Part shown: piece by piece, positions 23,556 through 33,832 of the stretch
Layout of the letters: each line of letters opens with the position of its first letter
Numbering within the stretch: the stretch's first letter is position 1
NCBI GenBank assembly: GCA_045568775.1
Contig: JBJLAJ010000004.1
Span: forward strand, 4,750-68,749
Length of the DNA stretch: 64,000 nucleotides
Source: Cytophagales bacterium
Lineage (GTDB): Bacteria > Bacteroidota > Bacteroidia > Cytophagales > MED-G16
Direction of reading: 5' to 3'
The notes under the pieces: model-generated
The model's input: only the letters and a program-made list of their open reading frames with translations
The model's database searches: none
Told to the model about the DNA's origin: nothing
Position numbers and translations under genes: made by a program

Positions 23556-25942
23556 AACTTAAAATTATATGTAATTGATGGAACAAAAGATCCTATAATA
23601 GATAATCTAGTAACCTCCCCAGGCACAAAGGAATCTGTCACATTTCCCTTTCCCTGTGAGAAATAAATAGAGAAAGGATTTCTTCGATTATACACATTAT
23701 AAACTCCTATTATCAGAGAACTTTTGTTTCTTCTTTCGTCTCCATTCTTTTTAAATTTCTTTCCGTTAATTGTGACAGATAAGTCAAGACGATGATATTC
23801 AGGTATTCTAAACTGATGCCTTGAGTTAGATGAGTTATGAGGTATTGCAAAACCTTGAATAACAAACTTAGAGGAAGGAAATGTTACAGGGGTACCAGTG
23901 AGGTACACAAAGTTTCCAGATAACTGCACCCTATCATTAATTTTATAAGTAGATGTTATTTTGAAGTTATGTGTCTGGTCATATCTTGTAGGATACCAGT
24001 TAAATTTGTTTATGCCCCTGATCTTAAGTTCCGATCTACCTGCAGTGTAGCTAACCCAGCCGTTAAACTTTCCTCTATTCTTTTTTAATAATAGCTCTAC
24101 TCCGTATGCTCTACCTATACCTGAAAGCAGGTCTCCTTCTATATACTTATTAATCAAAAGATCTGCTCCGTCTATATAATCAATTTGATTTTTCAGATCT
24201 TTATAATATAATTCAACAGAGGCCTCAAATTTGTTATTGTTAAAATTTTTGAAGTATCCTAGCACATAAGAGTCAGCAAGTTCCGGTTTTATATTATTCG
24301 TGCTTGGTGTCCACACATCAAGTGAACTAGATGCAGCTGTATTAGAAAGTAAATGTATATACTGTGCCATTCTATTATAACTTGATTTAATAGATGAAGA
24401 ATTTCCAAGCCTTATATTAAGAGATATTCTCGGCTCTATATTAGAATAAGATTTAATATTTTCATTTCCTTCAACAGATTCCTCAGAGACAAGTGGTTTC
24501 CTTCCTCCACTTAATGTAGATACTCCAAATTCATACACACTACCTGGGCCGTAGTAAGAGTAGACGGAGTACCTTAGACCATATGCTAATGTTAAACTTG
24601 ATATCTTCTGTTCGTTACCCACATAAAAGGCCCCCTCAAAAGCATACTTCATTGGGAGTGTGATGTCTGTCTTCTCACCATCACTTACACCAATTGCGTT
24701 TGCTGGTTCAAATCTATATTTTATTAATTCAGCTCCTATTGAAAGTTCATTATTAGCGTCAACAAAATATGTAAACTCAGGTTTAAAATTAAAAGTTTCC
24801 ACATTTGAGTCCCACTCAAACTTATTTCTGTCGTCACTCCCAAAAGCTAACTGATAATCATAATTACTATATATGGCAGTAAAGTTTGAGAATAATCTGT
24901 CGTTAAACAGATGATTCCATCTTATAGTCCCTGTTTTATTACCCCAGTTAAAACCTTGTCTTGCATCAAACTTAAACACATCTCTACCCACATAACTTGA
25001 AACATATAACGTGTTATTTTCATTTAATTCAAAATTTGTTTTGGCAGTTAGATCATAGAAATTAAGGGCTGCCCCGTCTTCAAAAAAATTAGAGTTTTTA
25101 AGGAAAGGCTTTGCTAAGATGTCTGCGTATGACCTCCTAAGTGCTAATATAAAAGATGATTTATCTTTAACTATTGGTGACTCAAGAGTTAACCTACTAA
25201 AAATTGTTCCAATTCCTCCAGATAGGACTGTATTCTTCTTATTTCCGTCTTTCATCCTAATATCTAAAATAGAAGACACCCTGCCACCATACCTTGATGG
25301 GACTCCCCCCTTATATAATTTCAAGTCTTTCACTGCGTCTGGGTTAAACACCGAGAGAAAACCTAGAAGATGTGATGAGTTATACACTGGAGCTTCATCT
25401 AAAAGAACTAAGTTCTGACCAACAGATCCTCCCCTCACATTAAAACCTGAGGCACCTTCACCTACAGAACTTACTCCTGGAAGAAGCTGAATTGCCTTAA
25501 TAATATCATTTTCACCTAAGAAAGTTGGAATCTCGGTAACTTTTGACATGTCTAGTTTAGAAGTACTCATTTCAATACTAGAGATATTATAATCTTCAGC
25601 TAAATCGCTTACGATAACTCCCTCCAACTCTATGTCCAAACTTGAAAGTTCAATATCTACTTTTGTGTTATCAGATAATTCTAGCTTTCTCGAAATGGTT
25701 TTATATCCGATATATCTGAAATCAACATTATAAGCACCTTCGCCTAATGTTATAGAATAAAATCCATAAGGATTAGTTATTGTACCCGAACTAATTTCAT
25801 TAATATAAACTGTAGCCCCTATAAGACTCTCACCTGATTCAGCGTCTCTGACATATCCATTTAAAGTAAATTTATCCTGAGAAAATAATTGAGTTGATAA
25901 AAAGAAAAAGAAAGATAATAATCGTAAAGTATTCATCACCAC
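23552..25942 (-). CDS. TonB-dependent receptor
   Basis: Carboxypeptidase-regulatory-like N-domain (GESLIGATV), plug (FNVRGG...NLVLLDEAPVYN...YGGRVSS), C-terminal YNFKL. Confidence 0.92.
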   Translation of the reverse strand: MVMNTLRLLSFFFFLSTQLFSQDKFTLNGYVRDAESGESLIGATVYINEISSGTITNPYGFYSITLGEGAYNVDFRYIGYKTISRKLELSDNTKVDIELSSLDIELEGVIVSDLAEDYNISSIEMSTSKLDMSKVTEIPTFLGENDIIKAIQLLPGVSSVGEGASGFNVRGGSVGQNLVLLDEAPVYNSSHLLGFLSVFNPDAVKDLKLYKGGVPSRYGGRVSSILDIRMKDGNKKNTVLSGGIGTIFSRLTLESPIVKDKSSFILALRRSYADILAKPFLKNSNFFEDGAALNFYDLTAKTNFELNENNTLYVSSYVGRDVFKFDARQGFNWGNKTGTIRWNHLFNDRLFSNFTAIYSNYDYQLAFGSDDRNKFEWDSNVETFNFKPEFTYFVDANNELSIGAELIKYRFEPANAIGVSDGEKTDITLPMKYAFEGAFYVGNEQKISSLTLAYGLRYSVYSYYGPGSVYEFGVSTLSGGRKPLVSEESVEGNENIKSYSNIEPRISLNIRLGNSSSIKSSYNRMAQYIHLLSNTAASSSLDVWTPSTNNIKPELADSYVLGYFKNFNNNKFEASVELYYKDLKNQIDYIDGADLLINKYIEGDLLSGIGRAYGVELLLKKNRGKFNGWVSYTAGRSELKIRGINKFNWYPTRYDQTHNFKITSTYKINDRVQLSGNFVYLTGTPVTFPSSKFVIQGFAIPHNSSNSRHQFRIPEYHRLDLSVTINGKKFKKNGDERRNKSSLIIGVYNVYNRRNPFSIYFSQGKGNVTDSFVPGEVTRLSIIGSFVPSITYNFKL

Positions 25943-25964
25943 GATTATAATACGATAATTTATA

Positions 25965-26930
25965 TTAGGAGTTGTTTTTTTTTATTTCTTTGATAATAAT
26001 TTTTGAGTGATCTCTAGAATTCTCAATAAACCACTTATTGGTTTTTAATCCTCCACATATTACTCCGGCAAGATAAACGCCGTCAACATTCGTCTCCATA
26101 GTATCAGGATTATGGAATGGTGTTGTATATTCATCTTCTCCTATTTCAATTCCAATTCTTTTCAGAAAAGAGAAGTCTGGCTGATATCCTGTCATTGCGA
26201 GAACAAAATCATTTTCAATCACCAACTCTCCTTCTGGTGTTGATATAGTTAAGCTTTTGTCATCTATTTTTTTAATATTTGAATTAAAATATGACTTGAT
26301 AGATCCCTCATTTATTCTGTTTTCTACATCAGGCTTAACCCAGTACTTTACAGTCTCACTTAAATTTGGTTCTCTCACTATCATCGTAACTTCCTTAGCT
26401 CCCTTCCTGTATGTCTCAAGTGCAACATCAACTGCCGAGTTTGCAGCACCTACCACAGCAACCTTCATCCCAAAATATGGATGGGGTTCATCATAATAAT
26501 GTTTTACTTTATCCAAAGTCTCTCCTGGAACATTTAATTTATAAGGAAGGTCATAGAAGCCTGTAGATATGATTACATTTTTAGATATGTATCTTCCTTT
26601 TGATGTAATAATTTCAAAGTTTTCTGTTTTTTTAATCTCACTTACTTCCTCATATAAATTCACTTTTAACTCCCATGAGCTGACAACTCTCCTGTAGTAT
26701 TCTAGTGCCTCAGACTTAGTCGGCTTTGAGTTATGAGATATGAATGGAACACCTCCAATCTCGAGCTTATCAGATGTCGAAAAAAAGGTCATGTTTTTCG
26801 GATAGTTATATAAGGAATTCACAAGACAACCCCTATCAATAATAACGTAGTTAAGATTATTTTTTTTTGCCTCAATAGCACAACAAATCCCAATCGGCCC
26901 TGCACCTATAATACAAACATCAAAATCCAT
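25965..26930 (-). CDS. ypdA: YpdA family bacillithiol disulfide reductase
   Basis: GAGPIG, MTFFSTS, EALEYYR, VKYWVKP, WFIENSRDH; adjacent to bshC. Confidence 0.88.
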   Translation of the reverse strand: MDFDVCIIGAGPIGICCAIEAKKNNLNYVIIDRGCLVNSLYNYPKNMTFFSTSDKLEIGGVPFISHNSKPTKSEALEYYRRVVSSWELKVNLYEEVSEIKKTENFEIITSKGRYISKNVIISTGFYDLPYKLNVPGETLDKVKHYYDEPHPYFGMKVAVVGAANSAVDVALETYRKGAKEVTMIVREPNLSETVKYWVKPDVENRINEGSIKSYFNSNIKKIDDKSLTISTPEGELVIENDFVLAMTGYQPDFSFLKRIGIEIGEDEYTTPFHNPDTMETNVDGVYLAGVICGGLKTNKWFIENSRDHSKIIIKEIKKNNS

Positions 26931-26931
26931 A

Positions 26932-28446
26932 CTACACCTTTAAAATTTTGAAATTCAAATCTAGTGGGTCTAAATTTTTATATAATTCATCTACCAATGA
27001 AGAATTATAAAAAGTGATCATGCTTTCTTTTCTCTCTTGTATTGAGTTATCCGGATTTAGATTATCATATAAAAGTTTAATGTGAGAAATAGAATCAGCA
27101 TTATTTTTTTTAAGAGCGTTTAGATATCTTCTCTCTACCTGATTCACAGTCTTCTCTATTTTTTTTCCTGTTGCCAGAACATGTGGCTTCATCGTCGAGT
27201 CAACATTGCCAAATTTTGATGACAAACTTGTGACTGCGTCTTTTATCTTTTGAACCTCGTCACTGAAGTTTTTTGTGTTATCATCAAAAGCATCAATAGA
27301 TTTAGATTCCAAAAAATGTTTACTTTTAAATAATTCATGAGAACTAAAACCATATTTATCTATTATCTTCTGCATCTTCTCAGAAATAATTAGGCAGAAA
27401 TCTCTTGGTATAAGTACAGGGTAATTGATATTATAATGTTCAAAAAATTTTTTAAAACTTAGCCAGTATACTATCTCAGCTGGGCCGCCAACATAAGATA
27501 AATTAGGTAATATAGACTGCTGAAAAAGGCAACGAGATATGACATTAGGACTAAAATTCTCTGGAGATGAGTGTACTAATTTTTTCATCTGATTTTCATC
27601 AAAAGACTTAGAGGTTGAAAGAATTTTATAATTTTTATCTTTCTCTATCCTATCTCTAAATTTTGAATCTTGAAAAAAGAAGTTAATTTTTCTTACTAGT
27701 ACATCAGATTTATCTTCAGAAGAATTCTCAATATTAAATATTGAATTATTAATAATATCATCTTCTATAACATCAATAAAAGATTTCTTAAAATTTCGAG
27801 AGTTAGGGTCTAGCACGACAAGCCCCATTTCACCAAAAAGGAAATTCATATATTTCCTTACAGCATCTGACAAAGATTCACTAGAGTTATAAGCTTCTAT
27901 AAAAAAACTAGGGACTGATGGTTCTTTTTCCAAAATCTTAGCAAAGGATTTAGGATTAATATCGCCCACTGGACCAGAAGTATCAATATCCCATTTATAG
28001 CTCTTTCCCAAACTAAAAAAAGATTTGATCTCATCAAAATCATGATCTTCAGACGCCATCCAATAAACTGGAATAAAATTATGATCTGGATGTTTTTTAG
28101 ATAGACTATCGGCTAACTTGATAGTGGATATTATTTTGTAAATGACATAAAGTGGACCAGCACATACATTTAACTGATGTCCAGTAGTTACAGTGTAAGA
28201 GTTATCTGATAAAAGTAGTTTTATATTGTTAGTGAGCTTATCACTCAGTTCTAGAGACCTATATTGAGAGGTTATTTCAGAGTGAAGTGTTTTTCTTTTA
28301 TCTGTGCTAAAATTAATTTTTTCAATTCCACGTATAATGTTTTTTTCATCAGGAAAATAATCTTCTTTTTTCTTTCCTTGAATGAAATCCAGAAATTTTT
28401 TAGAAAAATTTCCCGTATCCTGAAAACTTATAGTCTCTTTCTTCAT
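26932..28446 (-). CDS. bshC: Bacillithiol biosynthesis cysteine-adding enzyme
   Basis: VTTGHQL, YKIISTI, PVYWMASEDHDFDEI, YVGGPAEIVYW, QER. Confidence 0.92.
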   Translation of the reverse strand: MKKETISFQDTGNFSKKFLDFIQGKKKEDYFPDEKNIIRGIEKINFSTDKRKTLHSEITSQYRSLELSDKLTNNIKLLLSDNSYTVTTGHQLNVCAGPLYVIYKIISTIKLADSLSKKHPDHNFIPVYWMASEDHDFDEIKSFFSLGKSYKWDIDTSGPVGDINPKSFAKILEKEPSVPSFFIEAYNSSESLSDAVRKYMNFLFGEMGLVVLDPNSRNFKKSFIDVIEDDIINNSIFNIENSSEDKSDVLVRKINFFFQDSKFRDRIEKDKNYKILSTSKSFDENQMKKLVHSSPENFSPNVISRCLFQQSILPNLSYVGGPAEIVYWLSFKKFFEHYNINYPVLIPRDFCLIISEKMQKIIDKYGFSSHELFKSKHFLESKSIDAFDDNTKNFSDEVQKIKDAVTSLSSKFGNVDSTMKPHVLATGKKIEKTVNQVERRYLNALKKNNADSISHIKLLYDNLNPDNSIQERKESMITFYNSSLVDELYKNLDPLDLNFKILKV

Positions 28447-29750
28447 TTTATAACTTCTCCAATTAAATCGTAGTCACTTGCTGAGGTTATCTGAACATCA
28501 TAAAACTCTCCAACTCTAAGATGAAAATCTTCTGCAGGGATTATTACTTCATTATCAACCTCGGGTGAATCAAACTCAGTCCTACCAAAATAATTATTTT
28601 TATCACCTCTATCAATTAATACTTTAAATGTTTTACCTATTTTATTATTATTTAATTCTTGAGAGATGTCCTGTTGTAGTGACATTATCTGATTATATCG
28701 CTTCCTCTTAAGTGTTTCAGGGACATCATCTTCATATGAGTGAGAATGAGTTCCTTCCTCATGCGAATAGGTAAATACTCCTAATCTATCAAACCTATTT
28801 CTCTCAACAAACTCATACATTTCTTGAAAGTGTCTTTCTTCCTCTCCAGGATGTCCAGCAATGAGCGTAGTCCTAATTGAAATTTCAGGGTTGATATCTC
28901 TAATATCTTTAATTAGAGCGTCTGTCTTCTCTCTAGTAATTCCCCTTCTCATAAGTTTTAATATTTCTGTTGACCCGTGCTGAAGGGGTATGTCCAAGTA
29001 GTTACATATATTTTCTCTGTCTCTCATGACTTTGATTATTTCGAGTGGGAATCCTGAAGGGTATGCGTAGTGCACTCTAATCCAATCTAGACCTTCTATA
29101 TCAGAGAGTGTTTTTAATAACTCTGGAAGTTTTCTTTTCCCATATATATCTAATCCATAATACGTAGAGTCCTGAGCAATTACCATAATCTCTTTCACTC
29201 CATTTCTAACAAGGTTTTTGGTTTCTAAGACCAGATCCTCTATTGTCTTGGACCTGTGTTTTCCCCTCATGATAGGAATAGCACAGAAAGAACAAGGTCT
29301 ATCACAGCCCTCAGAAATTTTAAGATACGCATAATGAGAATCCGTAGTAATTACCCTGTCTCCTAGGAGTTCATTTCTATATTTTGCTTGAAAATTCTTA
29401 AGGAGTTCAGGTAAATCTCTTGTCCCATAGAAGCCATCCACTTCAGGTATATCTTTTTCTAAGTTTTCTTTATACCTCTGAGATAAACAACCTGTTACAA
29501 AAAGTTTTTTAATACTTCCTGTCTCTTTCTTTTTTGCATAAGAAAGAATAGTGTCGATAGACTCTTGTTTTGCATGATCGATAAAACCACAAGTATTGAC
29601 TATTACTATATCTGGGTTTATGTCATCTCTCTGATGATATGCCATCTTATCATTTCCCTTTAGTTGAGTAAGCAGAACCTCAGAGTCAACAATATTCTTT
29701 GCACAACCTAATGTTACAATATTAATTTTTTCTTTAGACTTAGTTTGCAT
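28443..29750 (-). CDS. rimO: Ribosomal protein S12 methylthiotransferase
   Basis: LGCAKNIVDSE, NTCGFI, EGCDRPCSFC, DSPEVD TRAM end. Confidence 0.95.
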   Translation of the reverse strand: MQTKSKEKINIVTLGCAKNIVDSEVLLTQLKGNDKMAYHQRDDINPDIVIVNTCGFIDHAKQESIDTILSYAKKKETGSIKKLFVTGCLSQRYKENLEKDIPEVDGFYGTRDLPELLKNFQAKYRNELLGDRVITTDSHYAYLKISEGCDRPCSFCAIPIMRGKHRSKTIEDLVLETKNLVRNGVKEIMVIAQDSTYYGLDIYGKRKLPELLKTLSDIEGLDWIRVHYAYPSGFPLEIIKVMRDRENICNYLDIPLQHGSTEILKLMRRGITREKTDALIKDIRDINPEISIRTTLIAGHPGEEERHFQEMYEFVERNRFDRLGVFTYSHEEGTHSHSYEDDVPETLKRKRYNQIMSLQQDISQELNNNKIGKTFKVLIDRGDKNNYFGRTEFDSPEVDNEVIIPAEDFHLRVGEFYDVQITSASDYDLIGEVIK

Positions 29751-29815
29751 TTGTTTAGATAGAATAAAATTAACGAATTATCGGTACTAATAGTTAAGGT
29801 AAATTGTTTAACTAT

Positions 29816-30292
29816 CTATCTCTGACTTTTTATGATATTAAAAATTTTTCTCTTTCCGGTCTTATCTTCAATGACTTCAATGATATAAGATCCGTTGTTG
29901 TATTTTTTCATTTCTAAGGTAAGGTCAGAGAAAGGTAAGGTCTTTTGTTCAAGAACTCTCCCAAGCTTGTCTACTACTCTTACGTGGTAAGTTCCCACTG
30001 GATCACCACCCTCAAACATAACCTTATCATAAGTAGGATTAGGAAATGCCTTTATTTCAAGTAATAAATTTTTTTCGATAGAGGTAGGAATAACATCTAC
30101 GATAAGAGGTTGGTGGAAACCTTGAGTTAACTCAGTTTCAGTAGATCCAACAGTGGATATAACACCCTCTCCAATAGTCCAACTCAAGATATATCCATCA
30201 GCTTCAGATGTGTTTCCTGCAGAAGAAATCACCTGTTGAGAGAAACTGCTATATGAAAAGCACATTAAAACTAAGATGAAAATTTTATTCAT
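29816..30292 (-). CDS. Small T9SS type A sorting domain protein
   Basis: QQVISSAG...LSWTIGE...LTQGFHQP then FPNPT CTD. Confidence 0.8.
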   Translation of the reverse strand: MNKIFILVLMCFSYSSFSQQVISSAGNTSEADGYILSWTIGEGVISTVGSTETELTQGFHQPLIVDVIPTSIEKNLLLEIKAFPNPTYDKVMFEGGDPVGTYHVRVVDKLGRVLEQKTLPFSDLTLEMKKYNNGSYIIEVIEDKTGKRKIFNIIKSQR

Positions 30293-30319
30293 ATTGTAAA
30301 TTTAACGAATTATAGCAAA

Positions 30320-31189
30320 CTAAGAGACATTAAACATTAGATCTAAAGATTTATTAAAACTAGTAGGGTTATACCCCAGGAATCTAATAGACCTTTCTAA
30401 ATCAAATCCGGTTTTAAAAGGTCTCTCTGCCTTCTGATTTAAATCTTTTGTTTTAACATGTTTAATAAGGTTTTTATCTAATGAAAAATGGTCTGCAATC
30501 CTTTTTCCTATTTCTAGATAACTCATCTGCTCTGAGCCACACACATTAAAAATTCCAATAGCTTTATTTTCAGAAGCACTTATGCATGCTCTTGACAAAT
30601 CATCTACATAAGTAGGCATTCTAATTTGGTCATCAACGAGACTAACTGCTCTACCTTCTTCTAAAGATTTCTTAATAAAAGTAACAATATTTAATTTTTC
30701 ATGAATTCCATAAACCAATATTGTCCTAAGAATTGAATATTTAATACTAGAGGAGGTTATTATTTTCTCTCCTTCTAATTTACTTTTGGCATAATAACTT
30801 TGAGGACTGGGAGTATCAGATTCAAGATAAATTCCAGAATCTTTTTTTCCATCAAAAATATAATCTGTGGATATATGCGTCAAATGACAATTATATCTAG
30901 CACAGACATCAACTAAATTTCTAATTCCAGTTATGTTTACATCATCACATGATTTTTTTTCTAACTCACAGAGATCAACATTTGCCATTGCAGCACAATT
31001 AATTACCACGTCTGGATCAAATTTTGAAAAAAAAAGATCTAAATCATTTTTTAATGAAATATCAACTTTATGATCAGCAAGTCCTTCAACTCTTCTTGAT
31101 GATTTAAATACTTCGTGCTGAGTATTAAACAATAATTTTATAATTGAATTTCCAACTAACCCATTAACTCCTGTTACTAGAATCTTCAT
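30320..31189 (-). CDS. dTDP-4-dehydrorhamnose reductase-family SDR
   Basis: ILVTGVNGLVG, HISTDYIFDG, YAKSK, DQIRMPT. Confidence 0.88.
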   Translation of the reverse strand: MKILVTGVNGLVGNSIIKLLFNTQHEVFKSSRRVEGLADHKVDISLKNDLDLFFSKFDPDVVINCAAMANVDLCELEKKSCDDVNITGIRNLVDVCARYNCHLTHISTDYIFDGKKDSGIYLESDTPSPQSYYAKSKLEGEKIITSSSIKYSILRTILVYGIHEKLNIVTFIKKSLEEGRAVSLVDDQIRMPTYVDDLSRACISASENKAIGIFNVCGSEQMSYLEIGKRIADHFSLDKNLIKHVKTKDLNQKAERPFKTGFDLERSIRFLGYNPTSFNKSLDLMFNVS

Positions 31190-32004
31190 TATTTTGGGTA
31201 AGTGTAGCCGTAGTCCTTAGTTATCTTTGCCTTAGATATTTTCTTGATCTTAAATATCATAGGTATGTCTTCCAAAGGTTTATCAGCAGGACCCGTTTTA
31301 ACAGCGGCAATCTTGTCAATAATATCAAGTCCCTCTACAATCCTACCAAACACAGTGTATGCGCCGTCCAAATGAGGAACACCTCCTACTGTAGTGTAAG
31401 CCTTTAATACATCTTCTGAAATAGTTTTTCTTATCTGAATACCATACTTCTCCTCGCATACTTCACTTAAAGAAATGGCGAGTTTCTGAGTTTCTTCGGG
31501 ATCATTTTGGGCATCGACAAACTTTTGTCTCATGTCTGAATACTCATCTTCTTGGAGCAATCTCCTGACTCCTCCATACAGTGCATTTATGTCAAGTGTC
31601 AATTCTTCCTCTTTATAAACCTTACCATGTACAATATAAAACTGGCATCCACTAGACTCTTTATCAGGGTTTACATCGTCTCCCATTCTAGCTGCTGCGA
31701 TCTCACCTTTTCTGTGGAATAAGTTTTCATTAAATTCAGCAGGTATTGTATAATCTATTTCATCGTCTCCAATTAGATTAACATCACCACCTTGAATCAT
31801 AAAGTTTTCGATAACTCTATGAAAAATTGTAGAATCAAACTTTCCAGATTCACTTAATTCTATAAAATTTTTTTTATGTAGAGGGGTCTCATCATAAAGT
31901 ATTGCTTTCATATCTCCATATGGAGTTGATATAGTTATTAGAACGTCTTTATCCATAGCACACGATTGAATTAATATTAAAATAATAAATGTAAGTTTTT
32001 TCAT
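31189..32004 (-). CDS. Cyclophilin-type peptidyl-prolyl isomerase (lipoprotein)
   Basis: FHRVIENFMIQGGD, SGCQFYIV, PHLDGAYTVFG. Confidence 0.92.
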   Translation of the reverse strand: MKKLTFIILILIQSCAMDKDVLITISTPYGDMKAILYDETPLHKKNFIELSESGKFDSTIFHRVIENFMIQGGDVNLIGDDEIDYTIPAEFNENLFHRKGEIAAARMGDDVNPDKESSGCQFYIVHGKVYKEEELTLDINALYGGVRRLLQEDEYSDMRQKFVDAQNDPEETQKLAISLSEVCEEKYGIQIRKTISEDVLKAYTTVGGVPHLDGAYTVFGRIVEGLDIIDKIAAVKTGPADKPLEDIPMIFKIKKISKAKITKDYGYTYPK

Positions 32005-32007
32005 AAC

Positions 32008-33138
32008 TTAAGTTTTAACCTTACTAGTAAATAGGTCTGAAATTTTGATAGACAAATCTAGGAATAAAATTTTTGGGTTGGCATTTCTATCTAAAAATCT
32101 TATGCTCTCATCCATGGATAATATAATTTTTTCAAAAGAAGGAATGTCTAATGTCAATTTGAATTTATCTATAAAACTTTTTTCGTCTTCTGAAATTTTC
32201 GATAGGTTATGATCAATATTTGATACTAATGCCTCACGCATAAGTTTTAGAGAATAAGTCATAAATGCTCTTTTTCTTATTTTAGACAATAAATTAAACC
32301 AATCAATTTGTTTATTAATCTCTGAGAAGTTTTTAGAATAACAAGCTCTCATCCATAATTTTAAATTTTCTAAATCATCTGCGTCTGATATATTAAGATA
32401 TTTTTCCGCCTTGTTAATATCTCCATCTGATATATAAATAGACTGGTCAACTTCAACTTCAGAGATATCTTTATATTTAGTCAAATAACTTTTCATTTCA
32501 GCTTCACTAAATCTCCGAATTTTAAACATTTGTACTCGAGATTTGATAGTTTGAATAAGTTTTTGATGATTGTTCGTCACTAAAAAAAATAGAGTCTCCC
32601 CTGGTGGTTCCTCTAAAATTTTTAACATAGCGTTAGAGGTGCTTAGATGTAAATACTCTGGCAACCAAATAATATTAATTTTAAATCTGGCCTCAAATGG
32701 TTTAAGTGTCAATTTCTTAACTAAATTTCTTACTTCGTCTTTAGAGATATTTGGTTGTTTATTTTCAAAACCATACGATTCAAACCAATCATCAACACTT
32801 AAATATGGGGAATCAATTATTGAGGCTCTCCAAGCTTCAATAAACTTATCACTTACAACCTCTTTATATATTTTTGTAGTCGATGCAACGGGAAAAATAT
32901 AGTTTACATCGGGATGTATTAATCTATCCATTTTAGAGCAGGAAGGACAACTCCCACATGAGTCATTTTCGTTTCTGTTTTTACAATTTATATATGATGC
33001 ATATGCTAATGATAAAGAGAGATTTGCTGAACCTAATTGCCCATTAAACAAAATGGCATGATGAATTTCGTTAGACTTAAATGAATCAATTAGCCTTACT
33101 TTCTCTGACTCTAATCCTGGAATATCTGAAAACCTCAT
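32008..33138 (-). CDS. holB: DNA polymerase III subunit delta-prime
   Basis: HAILF, SCGSCPSC zinc motif, HPDV, NAMLKILEEPP, TIKSR; start moved to ATG at 33138 (MRFSDIPG). Confidence 0.9.
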   Translation of the reverse strand: MRFSDIPGLESEKVRLIDSFKSNEIHHAILFNGQLGSANLSLSLAYASYINCKNRNENDSCGSCPSCSKMDRLIHPDVNYIFPVASTTKIYKEVVSDKFIEAWRASIIDSPYLSVDDWFESYGFENKQPNISKDEVRNLVKKLTLKPFEARFKINIIWLPEYLHLSTSNAMLKILEEPPGETLFFLVTNNHQKLIQTIKSRVQMFKIRRFSEAEMKSYLTKYKDISEVEVDQSIYISDGDINKAEKYLNISDADDLENLKLWMRACYSKNFSEINKQIDWFNLLSKIRKRAFMTYSLKLMREALVSNIDHNLSKISEDEKSFIDKFKLTLDIPSFEKIILSMDESIRFLDRNANPKILFLDLSIKISDLFTSKVKT

Positions 33139-33157
33139 AATTTTATAAAACAAGTAT

Positions 33158-33190
33158 AAAAAAAAAGTCTTCAAAGAAATGAAGACTTTT
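33158..33190 (-). terminator. Rho-independent terminator after rpmE2
   Basis: Inverted repeat AAAAGTCTTCA-N6-TGAAGACTTTT followed on the - strand by a T run. Confidence 0.8.
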
Positions 33191-33210
33191 AATTTTTGTG
33201 CATATAAATA

Positions 33211-33738
33211 CTAACTTTCTTTAGTTTCTTCTTCAGAATCATTTTTTTTATCTTCTTCATCTGGAGCTTCTTCCTTAACTTCCTCAGTGGCAGGTGCCTC
33301 TTCAGTAGCAGCAGGAGCTTCTTCCTTAACTTCCTCAGTGGCAGGTGCCTCTTCAGTAGCAGCAGGAGCTTCTTCCTTAACTTCCTCAGTGGCAGGTGCC
33401 TCTTCAGTAGCAGCAGGAGCTTCAGTTGCTGGAGTAGATTCTACTTTAGTTTCTTCAACAACAGGCTCTTCTTTGGGAGAAGACTTTTGTGCCTGTTTTG
33501 CCTTATATTTTTGATTAAATTTCTCAACTCTTCCAGCTGTATCGACAAATATTTTCTTACCTGTATAAAATGGGTGAGATGCAGAGCTAACTTCGATCTT
33601 AATTAATGGGTATTCTTTCCCATCTTCCCACTTTATTTTTTCTTCTGAGGTCATAGTAGACCTAGTCAAAAATTTAAAGTCACTCTGAACGTCTTGGAAG
33701 ACAACTTCATTGTATTCTGGATGAATATCTTTCTTCAT
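33211..33738 (-). CDS. rpmE2: 50S ribosomal protein L31 type B with long acidic C-terminal extension
   Basis: MKKDIHPEY...[12 protein letters not shown]...[10 protein letters not shown] with no zinc Cys; about 90-aa E/A/P/T tail. Confidence 0.93.
   Translation of the reverse strand: MKKDIHPEYNEVVFQDVQSDFKFLTRSTMTSEEKIKWEDGKEYPLIKIEVSSASHPFYTGKKIFVDTAGRVEKFNQKYKAKQAQKSSPKEEPVVEETKVESTPATEAPAATEEAPATEEVKEEAPAATEEAPATEEVKEEAPAATEEAPATEEVKEEAPDEEDKKNDSEEETKES
33263..33423. repeat. 51-bp perfect tandem repeat (about 3.2 copies) encoding [17 protein letters not shown]
   Basis: Identical units start at 33263, 33314 and 33365. Confidence 0.95.
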
Positions 33739-33768
33739 TTTATTATTTCTTTTTTATGTAAAGGTTTG

Positions 33769-33776
33769 CAAAGCTA
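33769..33776 (-). promoter_or_regulatory. -7 promoter element upstream of rpmE2
   Basis: TAGCTTTG on the - strand matches TAnnTTTG, 30 nt before the ATG. Confidence 0.5.
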
Positions 33777-33832
33777 TCAAAATGTTATTTTTTTACAAAA
33801 AATGAGTGAAATATTATTCTTAATTTAGCCAA

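Noticed and set aside
33263..33423. 51-bp and 42-bp tandem repeats as CRISPR-like or non-coding arrays
   Set aside because: No spacers; unit lengths are multiples of 3 and lie in frame within coding tails.
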